In this document: piece by piece, positions 26,608 through 32,435 of the stretch | Numbering within the stretch: position 1 is the stretch's first letter | How the letters are laid out: every line of letters starts with the position of its first letter | Assembly (NCBI RefSeq): GCF_027066465.1 | Contig: NZ_JAMONU010000128.1 | Span: 1 to 32,435 of the forward strand | Length of the DNA stretch: 32,435 nt | From: Thermococcus sp. | GTDB lineage: Archaea > Methanobacteriota_B > Thermococci > Thermococcales > Thermococcaceae | Direction of reading: 5' to 3' | The notes under the pieces: generated by a model | The model's input: the letters and a program-made list of their open reading frames with translations, nothing else | What the model was told of the DNA's origin: nothing | Databases searched by the model: none | Made by a program: the position numbers and the translations under genes

Positions 26608-27186
26608 TTACTCCTCCTCTTCCACTTCTTCCCCTGCGAGCTTTCTCAGCTTGTCCAAGTCCGAGCTGACCGCTATGAGGACGTCGCCTTCCTCGATGGT
26701 GTCCTTCCTTCCCGGGTTGTAGATGTAGCGCTCACCGCGCTTTATAGCTAAAATCCTCGTGCCTATCTTGCTCGGAAGCTTGAGCTGTTCGAGGGTCTTT
26801 CCGATGAGAACCGAGCCTGCCCTTACAGTAACGCGACCGAGCTCCTCCTCTGTATCCTCCATTATCTTCTGAATAATCGGGTGGGGCTCGATGTCGCGGA
26901 GGATTATGTCCGCTATCCCGTAGGCGGCATCGCTTATGCGCTCGTTGATGTCCGCCAAATCTATTATGCTCAGCAAACTCTCGGGGTCCTCCTCCTTCTT
27001 CGCCGCGCGGAGGGCGAGCTTCTTGACCTTCAGCGTCAGGTCGTCCATTTTCTCCTCTAAGAGATAGACCTCCTCCGCTATGTCCTCGCTGTTGTACATG
27101 ACCGATGAAAAGGCCAGGTCGATCATGAGGGCCGATAAATCCTTCATCTCGACGAGGCAGTTCCTAATCTCCTCGAACTCACTCAT
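26608..27186 (-). CDS. PhoU-like + TrkA-C (RCK_C) domain protein
   Basis: EMKDLSALMIDLAFS..ERISDAA helical bundle; SVLIGKTLEQLKL..ILAIKRG TrkA-C. Confidence 0.85.
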   Translation of the reverse strand: MSEFEEIRNCLVEMKDLSALMIDLAFSSVMYNSEDIAEEVYLLEEKMDDLTLKVKKLALRAAKKEEDPESLLSIIDLADINERISDAAYGIADIILRDIEPHPIIQKIMEDTEEELGRVTVRAGSVLIGKTLEQLKLPSKIGTRILAIKRGERYIYNPGRKDTIEEGDVLIAVSSDLDKLRKLAGEEVEEEE

Positions 27187-27784
27187 TGGGCATCACCTTG
27201 ATGTTGCCCTTTGCTATCTCCTTCAGGTAGTCCAGGGCAGTCCTCGTTCCCCTGCCGAGGAGGATGTCGTTGGGCAGTATCTTCGTGTCCTCGTCGGGGT
27301 CGAAAATCCACCTTTTACCGCGCCTTATGGCTATTATCCTCACCCCCGTGTTCGTCGCAAGGTCCAGCTCTTCGAGCGTTTTTCCGACGAGGACTGACTC
27401 CGGAGAGACGACTATCTTGCCGATGGTTTCCTCGCTCTCGAGGATTACCTCGGTAATCAGCGGGTGGAGCTTCTCCTCGAGGACCATCTTTGCCAAATCT
27501 CCTGCCGCGTCGGAGATATCATCTATTGAACGGGCCATCTGTAGGATTGAAGTTATCTGCTCTGCCTCCTTCATGTTTCTCGCTGCCAGAACCGCCCTAA
27601 CGGTGAGGTTGTAGTTGAGTATGTCGAGGTACTCCTCGAGTTCTAGAACTTCCTCCGCCATCTCCTTTTCCTTAAACAGAACGGCTGAATACGCCAAATC
27701 CACCATAAGCTCGGCCGTGTTCTTCATCTCGACGAATATATCCTTGACGTTATTAGGAACCTCAACCTCGTCCCATTCCTCCAC
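27179..27784 (-). CDS. PhoU-like + TrkA-C (RCK_C) domain protein, paralog of the adjacent gene
   Basis: EMKNTAELMVDLAYS..DDISDAA; SVLVGKTLEELDL..IIAIRRG. GTG start. Confidence 0.85.
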   Translation of the reverse strand: MEEWDEVEVPNNVKDIFVEMKNTAELMVDLAYSAVLFKEKEMAEEVLELEEYLDILNYNLTVRAVLAARNMKEAEQITSILQMARSIDDISDAAGDLAKMVLEEKLHPLITEVILESEETIGKIVVSPESVLVGKTLEELDLATNTGVRIIAIRRGKRWIFDPDEDTKILPNDILLGRGTRTALDYLKEIAKGNIKVMPNE

Positions 27785-27884
27785 TCCCGGTTCACCGGTT
27801 TAAAATGCGGGGGGAGTCTTATTTAGTTTTCGCCCAAAGGTTTAAAGGCGGGAAGCCGAACTTCCCCCGCCGAGCGGTGGTAAC

Positions 27885-28658
27885 ATGATAGGACTCTCCA
27901 CGACGTCCTACCCGGGCAGAACTTTTGAGGAGTTCGAGCGCTGGCTTGAGGAAGCGGAAGGGCTCGGCTTTGAGTTCGTCGAGCTGGTTAGCGAGTGGCC
28001 GAACTTCATCACGAGAGAAACGTGGAGGGCCTACGCTGAAATACTCGGAAGCTTCGGGCTTAAAGTTACCATCCACGCTCCCTTCAGCGACGTCAACATA
28101 GGCTCGCTCAACGAGAGGCTCAGGAGGGCTTCAATCGAAGTTCTGGAGGAGACGCTTGACGTTGCTTCCCGCCTGAACGCGTTCGTGGTTACGGTTCACC
28201 CCGGTCACTGCTCGCCGGCGAGTCGGAAGTTCAGGGAGGACTACAACAGAGTTCACCGCAATTCTCTCCGCGAGCTTGAAAAACTCTCCGGGGAGTTCGG
28301 CGTTAGGGTTGGCGTTGAGAACATGCCGAGCTTCCCGATACTCGACGCTCAAACCCCTGAGAGGCTGGCCGAGCTTCTGGACGGGACGGAGCTTGGCGTT
28401 ACCTTTGACCTGGGCCACCTCAACACCGTTGGCTTTCCCTTCGAGCGCTTCATGAAGCTGCTCGGCGGCAGAATCGTTCACGTCCACCTTCACGACAACT
28501 CCGGGAAGAGCGACGAGCACCTGCCCCTTGGAAGGGGAACCGTCCCTTGGCGGAAAGTCCTGCCGGAGCTTGAAAAGTTCGGCTGGGCCCTTGAGGTCTC
28601 GAGCCTCGAGGACGCGGAGGTCAGTCTGACCTTTCTCAGGGACATTGGTGAGCTTTGA
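27885..28658 (+). CDS. Sugar phosphate isomerase/epimerase-family (AP endonuclease 2-type TIM barrel) protein
   Basis: IHAPFSDVNIGS, VHPG, VENMP, FDLGH, HVHLHDN..DEHLPLGRG. Confidence 0.88.
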   Translation: MIGLSTTSYPGRTFEEFERWLEEAEGLGFEFVELVSEWPNFITRETWRAYAEILGSFGLKVTIHAPFSDVNIGSLNERLRRASIEVLEETLDVASRLNAFVVTVHPGHCSPASRKFREDYNRVHRNSLRELEKLSGEFGVRVGVENMPSFPILDAQTPERLAELLDGTELGVTFDLGHLNTVGFPFERFMKLLGGRIVHVHLHDNSGKSDEHLPLGRGTVPWRKVLPELEKFGWALEVSSLEDAEVSLTFLRDIGEL

Positions 28659-28745
28659 AGTTCATTGAGGCTCACTTTTACAAAACGCAACCCTTTTATA
28701 CATGGCCACCTAAGAAACTCCCGGAGAACTTCTGGGGGGAAGTGC

Positions 28746-30170
28746 ATGGCTGAGAAGATAGTTGAGGAGCTTAGGCCCTTCTTCGACCCGAAGGCAGTCG
28801 CTATCATCGGCGCAACCAACAAGAAGGGGAAGGTGGGCAACGTAATCTTTGAGAACTTCAAGAGCAACAAGGAAAAGGGAATTTTCAAGGGCAACATCTA
28901 CCCCGTGAACCCGAAGCTCGATGAAATCGACGGCTACAAGGTTTACCACAGCGTCAAGGAGCTTCCCGATGACACCGATTTGGCCGTTATATCGATTCCA
29001 GCTCCCTACGTCCCGGCCACGATGAGGGACATAGCCGAGAAGGGCATAAAGGCCGTCATCATCATTACCGGCGGCTTCGGAGAGCTTGGCGAGGAAGGGA
29101 AGAGGCTCGAGCGCGAAATCTACGAGATAGCCAAGGCCAACGGCATACGCGTCATCGGTCCGAACTGCGTCGGCGTCTACGTTCCAGACACCGGCGTTGA
29201 CACGGTGTTCCTGCCGGAGAACAAGATGGACAGGCCGAAGAGCGGGCCGATAGCGTTCGTCAGCCAGAGCGGTGCCTTTGCGGCAGCTATGCTCGACTGG
29301 GCCGCCGGCGAGAAGATAGGAATAGGGAAGATGGTCAGCTACGGAAACAAACTTGACGTTGACGATGCCGATTTGATGGACTACTTCGTCCACGACGACG
29401 AGATAAACGTCGTCACGTTCTACATCGAGGGTGTAAAAGACGGCAGGAAGTTCATGGAGAGCGCCAAGAGAATAACGAAGGTCAAGCCGGTGATAGCGCT
29501 CAAGAGCGGAAGGACCGAGTACGGGGCCAAGGCGGCATCAAGCCACACAGGCTCGCTCGCGGGACAGGACGTTATTTACGACGCCGTCTTCAAGCAGACC
29601 GGCATAATCCGCGCCGAGGACTTCGAGCACATGTTCGACCTGGCCAAGGCCTTCGCCCAGCTGAAGAACAAGCTTCCCAAGGGAGACAGAATAGGCATCA
29701 TCACCGACGGCGGTGGCGCCGGAGTCATGGCCAGCGACGCGGTAGCGAAGTTCGGCCTCAAGATGGCGGACCTCAGTGAGGAGACGATTAAGTTCCTCAG
29801 GGAGAGGTTCCCGCCGCACGCTGTCGTCGGCAACCCCACCGATGTCGTTGGGGACACGGATGCGGAGCGCTACAGGCTTGCCCTTGAGGCCTTCACCAAA
29901 GATGAAAACGTTGACGCAATACTCGTCATAGTCCTCTTCCAGGTTCCGCTCCTCGAGGAGGAGAAGGTCATCGACATCATAGCGGACTACCAGAGGAAGA
30001 GCGACAAGCCGATTGTTGCCGTTGCGATGGGCGGTAAGAAGACCGAGCGCTACGCCAAGATGCTTGAGGAGAAGGGGGTTCCAGTCTATCCAACACCCGA
30101 GAGGGGCGTCCGCGCTTTAGCCGGTCTCGTTAGATACGCCGAATATTTGAAAAAAGTTAAAGGTGAGTGA
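28746..30170 (+). CDS. acdA: ADP-forming acyl-CoA synthetase alpha subunit
   Basis: AIIGAT, YPVNPK, IGPNCVG, SQSGA, phospho-His motif AASSHTGSLAG, TDGGGAGV. ATG 28746. Confidence 0.92.
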   Translation: MAEKIVEELRPFFDPKAVAIIGATNKKGKVGNVIFENFKSNKEKGIFKGNIYPVNPKLDEIDGYKVYHSVKELPDDTDLAVISIPAPYVPATMRDIAEKGIKAVIIITGGFGELGEEGKRLEREIYEIAKANGIRVIGPNCVGVYVPDTGVDTVFLPENKMDRPKSGPIAFVSQSGAFAAAMLDWAAGEKIGIGKMVSYGNKLDVDDADLMDYFVHDDEINVVTFYIEGVKDGRKFMESAKRITKVKPVIALKSGRTEYGAKAASSHTGSLAGQDVIYDAVFKQTGIIRAEDFEHMFDLAKAFAQLKNKLPKGDRIGIITDGGGAGVMASDAVAKFGLKMADLSEETIKFLRERFPPHAVVGNPTDVVGDTDAERYRLALEAFTKDENVDAILVIVLFQVPLLEEEKVIDIIADYQRKSDKPIVAVAMGGKKTERYAKMLEEKGVPVYPTPERGVRALAGLVRYAEYLKKVKGE

Positions 30171-30197
30171 GGTGTATTGCTCACCGGTGGTGATATT

Positions 30198-30959
30198 ATG
30201 AAGGAGGAAGCCCTCAAAGTGATTGAGTCTGTTCTGGCCCAAGGAAGAACCGCCATGGTTGAGTACGAGGCCAAGCAGGTTCTAAAGGCGTACGGACTGC
30301 CCGTTCCAAACGAGAAGCTCGCCAAGACCCTTGACGAGGCGCTCAAGTACGCGGAGGAGATAGGCTACCCAGTCGTTCTGAAACTGATGTCGCCGCAGAT
30401 ACTCCACAAGAGCGACGCCAAGGTTGTCCTTCTGAACATCAAGAACCCGGAGGAGCTGAAGCAGAAGTGGGAGGAGATACACGAGAACGCAAAGAAGTAC
30501 CGCCCAGATGCGGAAATCCTCGGCGTTCTGGTTGCCCCGATGCTCAGGCCCGGCAGGGAGGTAATCATAGGAGTAACCGAGGACCCGCAGTTCGGCCACG
30601 CGATAATGTTCGGCCTCGGCGGAATCTTCGTCGAGGTTCTCAAGGATGTGACCTTCAGAATAATACCGATAACCGAGAAGGACGCAAGGAAGATGATTAC
30701 GGAAATCAAGGCCTACCCGATTTTGGCTGGAGCGCGCGGTGAGGAGCCGGCAGACATAGACGCGATAGTCGACATGCTCCTCAAGGTGAGCAACCTCGTT
30801 GACGAACTCAAGGACTACATCAAGGAGATGGACCTCAACCCGGTCTTCGTCTACGAGAAGGGTAAGGGTGCGGTGATAGTCGACGCGAGGATTATCCTGA
30901 AGGAGAAGGGCGAAAAGAAGCCGGAACCAAGCTCTGAATACAAGGAGCGCTGCGCCTGA
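30198..30959 (+). CDS. acdB: ADP-forming acyl-CoA synthetase beta subunit (ATP-grasp)
   Basis: EYEAKQVLKAYGLP, IGYPVVLK..ILHKSD, DPQFGH..GLGGIFVE, EMDLNP. ATG 30198 with GGTGA RBS. Confidence 0.93.
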   Translation: MKEEALKVIESVLAQGRTAMVEYEAKQVLKAYGLPVPNEKLAKTLDEALKYAEEIGYPVVLKLMSPQILHKSDAKVVLLNIKNPEELKQKWEEIHENAKKYRPDAEILGVLVAPMLRPGREVIIGVTEDPQFGHAIMFGLGGIFVEVLKDVTFRIIPITEKDARKMITEIKAYPILAGARGEEPADIDAIVDMLLKVSNLVDELKDYIKEMDLNPVFVYEKGKGAVIVDARIILKEKGEKKPEPSSEYKERCA

Positions 30960-32219
30960 TTACCTTCTTTCCAATTTTATGACGGCCTCGACGTGAGGCG
31001 TATGCGGAAACATGTCCACGAGAACCGCTTCCTCCACGCGGTAAGCTTTTCTCAGGTGGTTCTCGTAGTCGAGCTTAAACGCCTTTGGATTGCAGGAGAC
31101 GTAAACGACCCTTTCAGCTCCACTTTCCACCAGCAGTTCCCCAGCTTCTTTCAGGCCCCTCCTCGGCGGGTCAACTATCACGGTGTCGTAGTCGCCCATC
31201 GGGGTCTCCTCAGCCCTCCCAACACGGAATCGGGCGTTTACCCTGTTCAGCTCGGCGTTCTTGTTGGCCATTTCAACAGCGAAGGGGTTAATCTCGACTC
31301 CCTCAACGGTAAGGCTCCTCCTGGCCAGCCAGACGCCGAAGGTGCCGACGCCTGAGTAAAGGTCGAGAACCCTTTCGCCGTCGGTGAAGTCCTCAACGGC
31401 CCTGAGGAGAAGCTCAAGGGCGTGGCTGTTCGTCTGGAAGAAGCTGTTGGGGTGAATGAGATACACCACCTCGTCAATCCGCTCCCTTATGAGCTGGCTC
31501 CCCGCAACGTGCAGGGGCTTCCCGCGCGGGTCGTCCCCCTCGTCGGCCTTTAGGCTCCAGTAGAGCGAGTCCGCGAAGGAGAAGTAGTCCCTGAAGGCCT
31601 CGGCTGTTTCTTCGGAGGGCCTGCGATGGGCTATGAGGTTCACCATGACCTCTCCGGTGAACTTGCCCTCCCTGACCTGGAGGTAGTGAACGTCGCCGGT
31701 TTTCCGCTTCAGGCTCCAAGGCTTAAGCCTCGTTTCCTCCAGAAAATCCCGGAGGGCGCGCAGGTATTCGGGGGTTTTCTTCGAGAAGATGGGGCACTCC
31801 GAAAGGTTCGCAACGCCAAGGGGGTTTCCGTACTCCTTGAGGCCAGCGCCGTTGGTCGTCACGATGAAGTTGCTCACGTTGCGAAAGTCCCAGACCCTAG
31901 GCGAGCCCTTAATTTCGGCCCTTATTCCGGTGATTCGCTCGAAGAGTTCAGCCTTGAGTTCGAGCTGGGCCCTGTATTTTAACCCCTGCCAGAGACAGCC
32001 CCCGCACCTTCCGAAGTGCCGGCACCTCGGAAGAACCCTCAGAGGGGAAGGCTCAAGAAGCTCAAAGTCCCTCGCGATTAACCTGCCGAAGCGCCTTCTC
32101 GTCGATTTAACCCTAACCATGTCGCCAGGGTAGGCGAAGGGGACGTAAACGGTTTTGTTCCCTGCTTGAAGAACCCCGAGGCCGTCGTCGCTCAGTGTCT
32201 TTACCTTACCTCTCAGCAC
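30960..32219 (-). CDS. rlmD: RlmD/TrmA-family uracil-C5 RNA methyltransferase, probably the 23S rRNA m5U747 paralog of Thermococcales
   Basis: TRAM-like N-terminus, [10 protein letters not shown] Fe-S motif, [33 protein letters not shown]. The paralog assignment is from recalled similarity only. Confidence 0.88.
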   Translation of the reverse strand: MLRGKVKTLSDDGLGVLQAGNKTVYVPFAYPGDMVRVKSTRRRFGRLIARDFELLEPSPLRVLPRCRHFGRCGGCLWQGLKYRAQLELKAELFERITGIRAEIKGSPRVWDFRNVSNFIVTTNGAGLKEYGNPLGVANLSECPIFSKKTPEYLRALRDFLEETRLKPWSLKRKTGDVHYLQVREGKFTGEVMVNLIAHRRPSEETAEAFRDYFSFADSLYWSLKADEGDDPRGKPLHVAGSQLIRERIDEVVYLIHPNSFFQTNSHALELLLRAVEDFTDGERVLDLYSGVGTFGVWLARRSLTVEGVEINPFAVEMANKNAELNRVNARFRVGRAEETPMGDYDTVIVDPPRRGLKEAGELLVESGAERVVYVSCNPKAFKLDYENHLRKAYRVEEAVLVDMFPHTPHVEAVIKLERR

Positions 32220-32280
32220 GTTCCCCGCTCACCGTCAGGGTTTTTATAACCAGCGCCCATTTTTAGATGGAGGTGATAAC

Positions 32281-32435
32281 GTGAAGCCAAAGGTCTTCAT
32301 AACGCGCGCTATTCCTGAGAACGGCATCGAGATGCTGAGAGAGCATTTCGAGGTCGAGGTCTGGCCGGAGGAGCGGGAAATCCCGAGAGAGGTTCTCCTC
32401 GAGAAGGTTCGCGATGCTGACGCGCTCGTCACGAT
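32281..32435 (+). CDS. gyaR: 5' part of glyoxylate reductase (D-2-hydroxyacid dehydrogenase family); runs off window end
   Basis: GTG start with GGAGGTGA RBS and TTTTATAA at ~32242. Reads [46 protein letters not shown]. Confidence 0.85.
   Translation, partial: MKPKVFITRAIPENGIEMLREHFEVEVWPEEREIPREVLLEKVRDADALVT

Noticed and set aside
1-32435. CRISPR array, tRNA/rRNA, IS element, provirus
   Set aside because: I saw no spaced direct repeats, cloverleaf, transposase, integrase or att-like pairs.

Overview
Gene-dense archaeal chromosomal segment, almost certainly Thermococcales and probably Thermococcus. The evidence is GGTGA/GGAGG RBSs, BRE-TATA promoters, CGP-CTERM proteins and an ADP-forming acyl-CoA synthetase. 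About 33 CDSs: partial MptE-like gene, AAA+/DUF4143-type ATPase, LSm-mobB, JAMM peptidase, PrsW-like protease, hsp20-cdc48 heat-shock operon with a Phr-type operator, MBL hydrolase, two ABC-2 exporters (one in a PadR-ferredoxin operon), methylmalonyl-CoA mutase, two CGP-CTERM-type surface proteins, an Mrr-like/PepSY-like repeat protein, pgk, a GH18 chitinase, nth, two PhoU/TrkA-C proteins, acdA/acdB, an m5U rRNA methyltransferase and partial gyaR. I saw no rRNA, tRNA, CRISPR array, transposase, integrase or intein. The most notable items are: a candidate structured ncRNA with its own promoter and terminator upstream of hsp20, next to a mirror-image second Phr-like box; an apparently catalytically dead Mrr domain fused to tandem PepSY-like repeats with a palindromic operator; a ferredoxin-like gene inside a PadR/ABC exporter operon; an internally shortened JAMM; and a CGP-to-RGP sorting-signal variant. 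All family calls come from motif recognition by eye; no database search was run.
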